A stretch of DNA of 64,000 nucleotides from Bugula neritina (Eukaryota > Animalia > Bryozoa), in contig OZ037773.1 of assembly GCA_964035545.1 (NCBI GenBank), positions 6,229,751 to 6,293,750 on the forward strand, read 5' to 3'. The notes below the pieces were generated by a model, which made no database searches, was not told where the DNA came from, and saw nothing but the letters and a program-made list of their open reading frames with translations. The position numbers were made by a program, and so were the translations under genes. Position 1 is the stretch's first letter, and each line of letters opens with the position of its first letter. Below are positions 49,921-64,000 of this stretch, piece after piece.

Positions 49921-50761
49921 TACACTAACAATTATTATTATAACTAGTGTCAGTACTACCATCTGATCTCAGCCAACTTTGATGACAGTCTAAGAGGGGA
50001 CATTAAAATGAGTAGCAAATGGAAGCAAAAACCGGTGATGGTAGCTCACTAATGAAAATCAGCATGTGTAATAATCAACTCAAACTCAGTTACTAACTAA
50101 GTTTGAGATACATTTTTATTCATTTTATTCCAACATAACATAATGGTACTTTAACATAAATATCAATTAATGAGCTAGGTGCCCGTCTATTGATCAACTA
50201 CTAGTACTGAGCAGTAGTACTACTAATACTAATACTACTAGTACTACTACTAGTAGAGTACTACTAGTACTACTAGTACTCAGATCACATCAAATTATTT
50301 ATTTCTGCTAAGCGCCTTTTAACAGATGCATATTCATATTGCACAGGAACTCTTCAATGTAATACTTTTTTATATACAACTTGGATTTTTCTCTTTCCTA
50401 GTACTATTAAACCTAATATTACTACTAGTATTAGTAATCAAGTAAGTAAAACTAAATGTAAATATGTAATCAAAATTAATTGATTAAATTTAATTTCAAG
50501 ACTCAATTTCGATTCGAGTAATTAATTTGAATTACTGTTTCAAGCATTGATTGTTTAAATTTTAATTTATATTTACTTTTAGTATTTAATAGCAATACTA
50601 ATAGTAATACTAATACTAATAGTAGTAGTAATACTAATAATAATATTACATTAATATATTTACTATTTAGTTTTACTAATATATTTATATTTACTCTTAC
50701 TCTTAGTATATAATAATAATAGCAATACTAATACTAATACTAATAGTAATAGTAATAGTAA

Positions 50762-51070
50762 TACTAATAGTAATAGTAATACTAATACTAATAGTAATTA
50801 ATAACTATACGTAATTATAATTATTATAATCATAATGTTAATCATAATCATAATGATAATGATATGTAATACTTATAGTTATACTAATACTAAATAACTA
50901 ATACTAATACTAATACTATTAGTATTAGTATTAGTTATTTAGTATTAGTATAACTATAAGTATTACATATCATTATCATTATGATTATGATTAACATTAT
51001 GATTATAATAATTATAATTACGTATAGTTATTAATTACTATTAGTATTAGTATTACTATTACTATTAGTA
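50762..51070. repeat. Perfect AT-rich palindrome with 154-bp arms and a 1-nt centre (50916)
   Basis: Left arm tactaatagt...ataactatacgtaatt...ctaata, centre c, right arm tattag...aattacgtatagttat...actattagta. Symmetry was checked at the ends, the centre and internal landmarks (50811/51021). Confidence 0.9.
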
Positions 51071-51947
51071 ATAGTAATAGTAATAGTAATACTAATAGTA
51101 ATAGTATCACTTTTACTTTTAGATTTTTAGTTATTAAATTTAATATTTAGGTAGGGTAATTATAATATTATAATTATAATAATTATAATTATTAAACTGT
51201 GATATTGATTATCAACTAATAACGATAATCACGGTGATTATAATACTAATACTAATAGTAATAGTGGCAGCGAGACGAACTTGTTTACTGTTTTTGCACC
51301 TTTCTACAAATACAATTAGACTGGTACCCATCAAAACATAAGCATGAAGTTTACAACTGTCGTTTGTTATCAAATGTCATATGCGAGTTCGGCGCAGACT
51401 ATTATATGTAGGCGTGGCTATAGAGCTGGTCAACATTATTTGATTGGGTAGTTAGGTGAAAGTAAATAACTCCCAGTGTAGTTGAGGATGAGATGCAAAA
51501 ATTTAGACACTATTGTATAATAATATGCACTTTATATCAAATAACTATGAAGATTGTTTTTCAGGTAACATTTTATGCAGCAGTTTTGGCTCATCTCAAT
51601 TTTTTTTTAAAATTATCATAAGGCAATTATTAACATACAATGCAATAATATTGTAATACACAACATAATAACATTATTAGGCACCCATGTTTTACAAGTG
51701 TTTTAAGCATACTAAATGTCCTATCTAATGGTAATAGATTCACTTTAATTTTATAGGCAATAATGATCCTCCTCCTACCCAGCTTTTCTTTGCCATATCA
51801 GAGAATATTGGTTTCAAAATTGTTTGCAAAAAGGTTCCTCATTAAATATAGCAGATTTCATATACAAACAGTTATAAATTTTATGTATTACCTTACTTTA
51901 GTTATAAAGGAAATTAAAATTGATCAAAAATTGCTTCTCAGGTTGAG

Positions 51948-51952
51948 AAAAA
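51948..51952 (-). terminator. Pol III terminator (T5) for tRNA-Ser
   Basis: TTTTT four nt downstream of the tRNA 3' end on the minus strand. Confidence 0.75.
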
Positions 51953-51956
51953 GATA

Positions 51957-52038
51957 CGACGAGGATGGGATTCGAACCCACGCTCCCAGAGGGAAATGGA
52001 TTAGCAGTCCATCGCCTTAACCACTCGGCCACCTCGTC
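51957..52038 (-). tRNA. tRNA-Ser(GCT), 82 nt
   Basis: GACGAGGTGGCCGAGTGGTTAAGGCGATGGACTGCTAATCCAT...GGTTCGAATCCCATCCTCGTCG. Full cloverleaf with long variable arm, anticodon GCT. Confidence 0.97.
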
Positions 52039-53206
52039 TTATGAGCAAATAGCCTCTCAGCTGCATTATTATTTAAAAATCAGGTTTTGGCAAAAATTTT
52101 CTCAAGATGTTTTTATAAAATTGTGACTTTCATGAAGTCTAGTAAATATTGCAAGAGTTTGTGATCCATATTGTTATTATTATACATATGAATTAGATTA
52201 TCATAACAAACACGTTATATAATATTGTTCATTGGCTGCAGCAGAAAACACAACAATGTTTATTCTTCATTGCTTTAAAAGAACTAAAGGTAATGCTGGT
52301 CATATTTATTCAACAAATCTTCTAAAAAGCTGTTAAAATGTTCATGCCTACATGAATCTGAAAGTTGATGACTAACCAATCTATAGCAGCAACTCATGGC
52401 CAATTCAATGTTTTGCTGTACTTCACACCTTTACATACATTCAACTACAGCCGTATGTACAACCTACTCAAAACCAGTCATTTGATTAATACACATAGAA
52501 AAGGCAGCAGGATATGCATTTGCTTTTATTTTTTATTCAACTTTTCTTTCACTTTGCACAAAAAAACAGATCTTATTGAAAAACAGTACATATTTATTGC
52601 ATACATATAATGATAGTAAATAAAAAAGAAAGTTAATTTAAATTATTATAGGCCAATATATCAAGAAATTAAAGTTTGTTTGCCACCACAGAGTGCCCAA
52701 ATACGTTGGCTAATTTTAATAAAGATAAAACTCTGACCAGAATGTCTGACTAACACAGCCTTAGAGAAACTAGCTAAGATCTTGCAAGCTGTGGGATCCA
52801 CACACCCCCTCCCATCAATTGCATGCCTGTATAAACTAGTTACCTTTTTTAAATAATCAGAAAAATTTAGTAGTAATTTTATGTTGACTGGTAGCATATT
52901 CTAGGCGGTTAACAAACTTGTAATTTCAGTAGATTTATCTTAATATCACACGAATAGTAGAGATATAGTTCACACAAAACAAGCAAAATAATAATAAATA
53001 AGATATAAATGTTTTTCCAGATCAAACATTATGCAGGCACTAGGCCACTAGGCGACCAGCATTATGCGAAAAAAATCAAACATTTTTATACATAATGATC
53101 AACAATTATTATAGAAACATGAATCAATTCTACAGGTTAATAATAATTATAATAAAATATCAGCTGTAAGCCATCAGTTTTAAACCATGGTAAACAAAAT
53201 ATACCT

Positions 53207-53657
53207 TGAGTACATAGTGAGACTGAGTACATAGTGAGACTGAGTACTTAGTGTCACTGAGTACTTAGTGTCACTGAGTACCTAGTGATACTGAGTACTT
53301 AGTGATACTGAGTACTTAGTGATACTGCGTACATAGTGATACTGAGTACATCGTGATACTGAGTACTTAGTGTCACTGAGTACTTAGTGAGACTGAGTAC
53401 TTAGTGAGACTGAGTACTTAGTGTCACTGAGTACTTAGTGAGACTGAGTACCTAGTGATACTGAGTACCTAGTGAGACTGAGTACTTAGTGATACTGAGT
53501 ACATAGTGATACTGAGTACTTAGTGATACTGAGTACCTAGTGAGACTAAGTACTTAGTGATACTGAGTACATAGTGATACTGAGTACTTAGTGGGACTGA
53601 GTACTTAGTGAGAATGAGTACTTAGTGAGACTGAGTACCTAGTGATACTCAGTACCT
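53207..53657. repeat. 17-bp minisatellite (TGAGTACTTAGTGAGAC-like), about 26 copies
   Basis: Uninterrupted direct repeats with variant positions (tacAt/tacTt/tacCt; gag/gat/tc). Confidence 0.95.
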
Positions 53658-54245
53658 ACAAAAGTGGGTTTATTTCCAAACGAAACTCCTAGATCACTGA
53701 GCAAAATCTAAGAGCAAGGACTCTAGTCATAACACTATTAACATAATATCAAAAGCAAAAGCTAACAAAAATAAATCTAACGCCGTTGTCACTCGAATAT
53801 ATTATAGATATAATAAACATAATAAAATGTACCAGGTGGAATGATGAATGTGCATATAAAGTCGAGTGGCATACATATGAAACAGAAAAGCACACAAACC
53901 TAAAGTAACTGTAGGTGTTTTACAGCAAATAATTTCGTAAATCTTAAAACTAATACCTGACAAGCCAAAGAAGTTTTATAGCCCCAAACAAAGACGCTGC
54001 AAGAAGTAAACTCTTCGTGATTCTAAAAGGTGCTTGCATGCTTAATAATGACAAGATACTATTTTATAGAAAGAGTGGTGTAGAGTGCAGGTACGTTTAG
54101 TTACTACATATCTACCTGCGTTAGGCTACACATGTATATCCTGCAGAAAAAAGGTAGAACTGCATCAGTAACCGAAATGTAGTTTCGGTACTTGATTATG
54201 CATTATGATATTTATTCGGAGTTGTCTGCACAATGTAACTACTTT

Positions 54246-57200
54246 TCATACTTTAGTGCCAGGGACAGCAGTTTGAGAGGCAGCTTGGAGTCTGGCTTGA
54301 GCTTTCTTGAATCGCTGACCCAAGTATATTTTACCGAAAAGTGATATGAATACAACTATGATCCCGAGAACTCCGAGCATGCCCACTGTGTGTCCGTATA
54401 TGAAACAGGATAGTAAAATGGCCAAAGCTACAAGATATATAATATTCTTCAGTTACTGCTTCCAAGAGAAGTATTGGGCCAAGTGGAAATAGCTGTATTT
54501 ATTTAATTAGCGAAACTCATGTTAAATCATCAAGTTTAAATAACAGAGTTGGGTTAAATGACCTTGTTAAATAATTACATCAATTCAATAGTATCTTAAT
54601 AAAAAAAATTTAAAGTGGACCTCTAAATAATAATTGTACTCATGCTACAGTTTTTAGGCATGATAAAAAGCAAGTTTCCCAACACATTATTCTCATAATA
54701 ATGATAAAAGTAAGTATAAGAGTTTGCGTTGACTTGAAAATTGTTAACTAGCAACGGCTTTCTAAAGCATACTAGGAATATTTTTCTAGAATGTTCTATA
54801 CTTACCCATTCTTATGGTCATAATGATGATAAAGGTGACTGGACCAAACTGACTGATGGTGTAGTATATGAAGAGCTGTCCAGTGGCGGAGGTGATGGAA
54901 AGAATGGAGGAATGAAGCATGAATGCCGGGTATCTGTGGATAGAAAAGACAACTCTTATTTAATTAACAAAGATGCAATTCATTATTGAAAAGCTAATAG
55001 GAGCAGAAATTTGTTGGACATGTGAAGAAATGTTATTCTTGCAATCAGATATAAAACATGAAATAACAAATATAAATTTAATAGCCTACAAGCAAACTTT
55101 AGTCTATTCTGAATCTTATAACAGTATAATAGTAATCTAGCAACACTGAAATAAGCTTTTATTATCTCTATTAATATTTTTAGTAACTAAGCAAACTTCT
55201 ATAGAGTATACTGCATCTATATAGAGTATACTATATCTATATAGAGTATAGCGCATAGAGTATACTGCATCTATATAGAGTATAGCGTATAGAATATACT
55301 ATACAGAGTATACTGTATAGAGTATATTATATAAAGGGTTCACATACACAACTAATAAGTAAAGTAGCTAGTGTATCACCTGAGCATAAAGTCGATATTC
55401 TCAAAGAAGCTGCCTTGCTCTATGAGACTGATGGATGTAAAGAGACATGAGAATAAGTTTACTCCAGTCATCATCTGTACTGAGCTCATCTTATACTGAC
55501 TGAACAGCTCTCCTTGCCAGTTAGACGTGAAACTGTCAAACGCCATGTAACCTGCAATACAGTGTAACCTGCAATACAGTGTAACCTGTAATACAATGTA
55601 ACCTACAATACAGCGCAACCTGCAATACAGTGTAACCTGCAATACAGTGTAACCTGCAATACAGTGTAACCTGCAATACAGTGTAACCTGCAATACAGTG
55701 TAACCTGCAATACAGTGTAACCTACAATACAATGTAACCTGCAATACAGTTAGTTACAATACAGTATAATATTGCATAATCTACACACCCTTGTATTTAG
55801 AAGGCTATAGCTGAGCCGAATACATTTATATGGTAAAATGACAATAAGAATTGTCATACCTATCATAAGGATAACTCCTGAGAATGAAGTTTCAGCCGCG
55901 GAACTCTTAGCGTGGTCGCTACCACCCGTCTCGTGGTCAGAGAAGAGAAACAAGGCTACACCGGCTGACAACATGGCCGCCGTCACGTACTCGTAAAGCT
56001 GGTAGGTTTTATTACCAACAATTTTACCCATCAGCATGACGGGAATTACCTGCATAGAAAATATACATGTATAATGTCAACCAGTGACCTAATAGAATGC
56101 GAGTATAATAAGATGTAGTTGGTAGAATACTAGGTTCTAAGTTTACATTCTACTGCTACTACTGCTACTACTACTACTGCTACTACTGCTACTACTACTA
56201 CTACTACTATTACTACCACTACTACTACTATTACTACTACATAGCACACTGACCTTAGAAGCTTTACACAGCACTTGTGTAGGAAAGCTAACAAACTTGA
56301 GAGCCTCATATTGGAACCAGCTGCTCATAATGTTACTGAAGGAGCAGTAGGAGTATTTGAAGAGGGGGCTGGTGTGACGCGGCTGTCGGACTACCTGCAG
56401 CACCACCCAGCCTATGACTAGCGCCAACACTCTATTTATAAACACCAGGAACTGGGAGTTCTTGAACAACTCACCTGCGCATACAAGTAGGTAAATGACA
56501 GGTAAACGAACCAGGTTAACGACAGGTAAATGGATATACTCATCAGAGTAGAGTAATAAGACAACCTTTAAAGGTTGACAGTTTTTATTTGGAATTTATT
56601 ATACTGATAAACTAGATGCTGTGTAACTAAAACAAAATCTCAAGTGTTCTTGAGTTGCATTAAAAGACAAACCCCCTTATCCATGTTGTAATTAATCTAG
56701 CATTAGTTTATAGTTACTATATCTCCCTTGATGGAAAGGGTTGTTTTAAAGCGAACTAAGGATTACTATTCTTATTATGTGTGGCACAAATATGACTGGA
56801 TGCTCTTCCCATCCATATGTTGGAAATGGCTAATGTATATTATGTTAATCTAACAAAAAGTAGTGCCATCTCCAGGCAATTGACTGTCCCATTACAGTGC
56901 AGGCGTGGCTCATTAATGAGTGTAATTAAAGCTACACAGATTAAGCCAACTTGTAACTACAAAATGGTTCTATAAGCAGCTCCGAGTTGGGGGTGACTGA
57001 GTGCAGAAGTTTGCGGTTCTCCAGTTTGAGTTGGGGGAGGCAATTTATACCCCCAAATACGGACTCAAGAACCGCAAACTACTGCACTCAATCACCCCCA
57101 ACTCGGAGCTGCTTATAGAACCCTTCTGAAGCTACAGTAATCACTTCCCATTTCGCATAGATAAATGAATCCATTTGAATAAAATGAGCACCAACTTCAA

Positions 57201-59654
57201 CTACCACATTTATTATAGACAAGTTAGTCCAATGCCCAAAGCCAAGTTATTTTGAAGCTAAGGCTGTATAGAAAGTATAGAAAGTCGTCATTTAGGGCAA
57301 TAGATTAAGTTATTTTACCATGAAATACCTTCAGGGAGGGGCTACATCTATGATAATTAGAAAACTTGCTCAGTTCATGTTTATATGTTTTTTAAGACAA
57401 GCATTCACACTTAGAAACAGTGTGAGACAATGAATTTTTTGATTTCAGAGCTCAATTTCACACACACAATACTCTGCTAAACAGAGAAACAGTGAAAGGA
57501 GGAGTAAACAATAATTCAAAAACTTTGCATCTGTTCTTGTATACAGTGACATTAACAAACATTGCTAGGTAATAGCAAAACCCAGACACTGCACTGTGTA
57601 TCTAGAGTATAGACTGTACCTTCCAGATTAGTAGCTGATGTATACTTGTGCGCCATTATCCGCTCCTGTAGCAGGCCCCATGTCAAATAGGAAACCTGGA
57701 AAGAATGAGGACAGCAAAGCTTTATATGTGACTCATTTGATGACACATGACGGAATGTTCTGGACACTTCAAACGCTGCGTTGAGCAGATTTCGGCTTGT
57801 CAATATTCTGAAGGTCTGTTAGTCGGAAGGCCCGAAGATGTATACAGTTAAGATGTTCAAATAACGTATATAAATTACGAGTTGGGTAGTGGTTAGAGCG
57901 TTAGCCTAACAAACATGGGGTCAGTGGTTCAAATCCATACACCGTCTGTGATATTACGAAGTATTTAGTCATTATAATTGCCCCTGTGCCACATTAGAAC
58001 AACCCATGACCTACTCTAAAAAACCTTTCTATAAGGGGTTTTCAAAGGGCTAGCGACTATCAACTCATTTGAGTATATATATAATATATATAACATATAA
58101 TATATATAACATATAATATAAATATATTACATATTTTAAATATTATATATAAATATATAATATATTGTATATTTATTAATTATATATTATTTATATTATA
58201 TATTTCTTTACATTATATAGAATTCTTTTATATTTGTTAATATATAACTATAAATAAACCACGTCTGCAGACGCCACAAAAAAGTCAGCGTCTGTTAGAG
58301 CTGCTGCCGAGACTCAACTTACCTGAAGACCGACGAAGCAGAATGATAATAAAGCCGCATTCTGGGCAAAGCTGCGTTCAACCTTAGGAGGAGGTCCACC
58401 TTCTTCAACTTCTGAGATTTTATCTCCCGGGTTTACGGGGTTACCGAATACACACATAGTCACCACTTTAGGCGCACAGCCATCTGAGGTAAACAACGTG
58501 AATAGCTTACAAATAAGAAAACCTCAGAGTGATATTTTGCCACCTTGAAACTTCAACGGCAACGCAGTAGTCTTTTAGTCTTTCTACTTAAAGTCAGTAT
58601 ATATTCAAGAATCACTAAATATCAAGAGAATACAACTCTTTTGGCAGAAGGTTAATGGCCTTGAACTTGACCTATATATAGCAAACTGTATGAGCAGTAA
58701 CAGGACGCAAAAATCATGTGTCACCGAATTACTCCCCCAGTTTAATGAAACAACAACCCTGCAGTTCATAACTGTATTTCATACAAATAGTTAAATTAAA
58801 ACAAAAATCAGAAACATGGTAGCAGAAGATTTATGGTAATTATTTGAAAATTAAACGTCTGTAATGTGCTAATACCCCACCAACTAAAACCATTTTCACA
58901 AGGACAAATACACTAAATATATATGTCAATAACTAATAGTCAATAAATAACAGTAAATTCTGTTAGAATAACTTATCTTAGTAAGATTGGATAATTAATA
59001 TTTAACACTATACATAAATGTTGCTTGTGGGATTCATCGTCTCAAATGTACTCCGTAAAATATTGGTTAAAACAGAAAATGGGAAAACTAGCTTTCATTA
59101 CTACATAATTTTCAAATAGGAGATGAGAATAAATGGTTTATTGAATAGCTAATTATGATATGTAAACATTGCACTGAAATACTTCCCATCTTTATAGTCC
59201 TATCACTTGCTTATTTGGACAGTGATAAGCACATCCACAGACTAGAAAGACAATCTCATTGTATATTCACATAATTCTTATCAAATACCAAGAACACTCG
59301 TACTTTATGCTAGCTTACAGTGTTAGTCAGTCACCCTTGTCAAACATTACTATCTCAAAGCCACTACGCACTCATCACTACACACTTATCACTACGCACT
59401 CATCACTACACACTCACCATGTTTCACTCACCTCTATGTGTTTCATTGTATTTTATCTTCCTGAAATACTGAATGAGAAAGTAGCCTGGTATTAGTATGG
59501 TGGCATAACCAAGCTGGTTCATAAGGAGACGCAAAATCCACGAGTCAGCGTATCCTGCTGGCATCACCTTCTCAGCCAAGTCAGCAGAGGACGAGCCGAT
59601 ACACAGTATCCAGAGGGTCAGCACTGCTGTGATTATGTGTAAACTAGACATCAT
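54246..59654 (-). CDS. SLC35B2: Adenosine 3'-phospho 5'-phosphosulfate transporter 1 (PAPST1/slalom); 8 coding exons
   Basis: Exons 59432-59654, 58323-58483, 57620-57695, 56254-56474, 55860-56049, 55380-55551, 54806-54933, 54246-54427. Motifs [81 protein letters not shown]. Confidence 0.95.
55546..55749 (-). repeat. 12 x 17-bp tandem repeat spanning the SLC35B2 intron/exon 6 boundary
   Basis: Plus-strand unit TGTAACCTGCAATACAG reads CTGTATTGCAG|GTTACA on the transcribed strand. The last unit supplies the acceptor at 55552/55551. Confidence 0.93.
56952..57136. mobile_element. Foldback/MITE-like element (family B) in an SLC35B2 intron
   Basis: About 55-bp near-perfect inverted arms GGTTCTATAAGCAGCTCCGAGTTGGGGGTGA..GAGTGCAG.AGTTTGCGGTTCT and their reverse complement, extendable with mismatches to TGTA...TACA. 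Confidence 0.8.
57881..58066 (+). mobile_element. Diverged full-length copy of the tRNA-derived SINE
   Basis: AGTGGTTAGAGCG...GGTTCAAATCC...ATAATTGCCCCTGTGCC...TAGCGACTATCAAC is collinear with the reverse complement of 49722-49920. Confidence 0.75.
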
Positions 59655-59799
59655 TCTACCTGTATGCAAGGATTACAAGGAATTAATAATAATATCTTAT
59701 AAAGACAGAACCACATGATGGGTTGATGAGACTGAGAGTAAAAAGTTGGGCTGCTGTAAAAATAGAATCAAACCCTGAGCAGTTTTTTCATCAATTAGC

Positions 59800-60300
59800 T
59801 CTTAATACTAATACTAATAGTAATACATTTAGTAACACTCATTAGTAATAGTAATACTAATAGCAATACTAATAGTAATACTAATACTAATAGTAATAGT
59901 AAATCACTAAATGTAATACTAATTCTAATTGAGTAATAGTAATACTTATACTAATACTAATAGTAATAGTAATACTTAAAGTTAATACTAATACTAATAC
60001 AGTATTACTAATAGTAATAGTAATACTAATACTCAAAGTTAATAATAATACTAGTGACACTGACAGTGTCACCACTACTCAACTAGTACTACTACTCATA
60101 CTGTACAGTGTGAGACTGAGTGTAGTCAGTGTACTACTCTGTACTCACAGTCACTGTCTAGTACTAGTACAGTACTACTACTAGTAGTAGTAGTGAACTA
60201 GTACTAGTGATGCTAATCGTAATACTAATTACCAATTAGCATTACTATGTCTGTTACTATTAGTATTAGTACTACTATTAGCAATACTAATAGTAATAGT
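59800..60300. repeat. Low-complexity TAATAC/TAGTAA/TAC repeat tract
   Basis: Visible 3- and 6-bp periodic tract; source of the spurious ORF 59887-60075. Confidence 0.85.
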
Positions 60301-60369
60301 GAATGTTATACTAAGAACAAAATGAAATCAAATAAATAAAAAAATATTAAAAATATACTATGCACAAAC

Positions 60370-63819
<3,450 letters not shown>

Positions 63820-64000
63820 GTAAGCTTCTGCCTGATAGATTCAACTGTTTGGTTTCTAATTATACTTTCATTTTGCAGTTACTCAGCTTTGCTATGGAGA
63901 GTGATTTCTGTGGAGTTCAATGTTCAACTGGTCAATAACCAATCGTCTTCGACTCAATTTATCTCAATCCAATTCTTGCATCTTGATTCTTTATCTACAA

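Noticed and set aside
53207-53657. CRISPR array
   Set aside because: Contiguous repeats without unique spacers.
56143-56253. Poly-Ser extension of SLC35B2
   Set aside because: It is intronic (AGT/AGC)n microsatellite after the splice donor at 56253.

Overview
Eukaryotic, AT-rich, intron-rich metazoan DNA, probably an invertebrate; the species cannot be determined from sequence alone. The dominant feature is a 16,063-bp head-to-tail array (17037-33099, minus strand) of a Ty3/Gypsy LTR retrotransposon. It has four internal regions sharing five 559-bp LTRs, an exact period of 3876 bp, and one 5-bp target-site duplication (CCATC) around the whole array. Each unit keeps a tRNA-Pro-type PBS, a PPT and an intact 1047-aa Gag-protease-integrase ORF. 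Reverse transcriptase is absent and only an out-of-frame RNase H tail remains downstream of integrase, so this is an RT-deleted element with the Gmr1-like PR-IN-RT-RH order. Host genes reconstructed from phase-consistent GT-AG exons are: a PAN/Apple-like + fibrinogen-domain protein, an atypical Ras-family GTPase (G3 motif DTAAW, no CAAX), an FBXO48-like gene, COX19, PRUNE (with a recent 688-bp tandem duplication of its last exons), tRNA-Ser(GCT), SLC35B2 (12 tandem copies of one splice acceptor) and the 5' part of PSMA6. Also present are a solo LTR, a tRNA-derived SINE family, two MITE families, several minisatellites and a perfect 309-bp AT-rich palindrome. All comparisons were made by eye; no alignments or searches were run.
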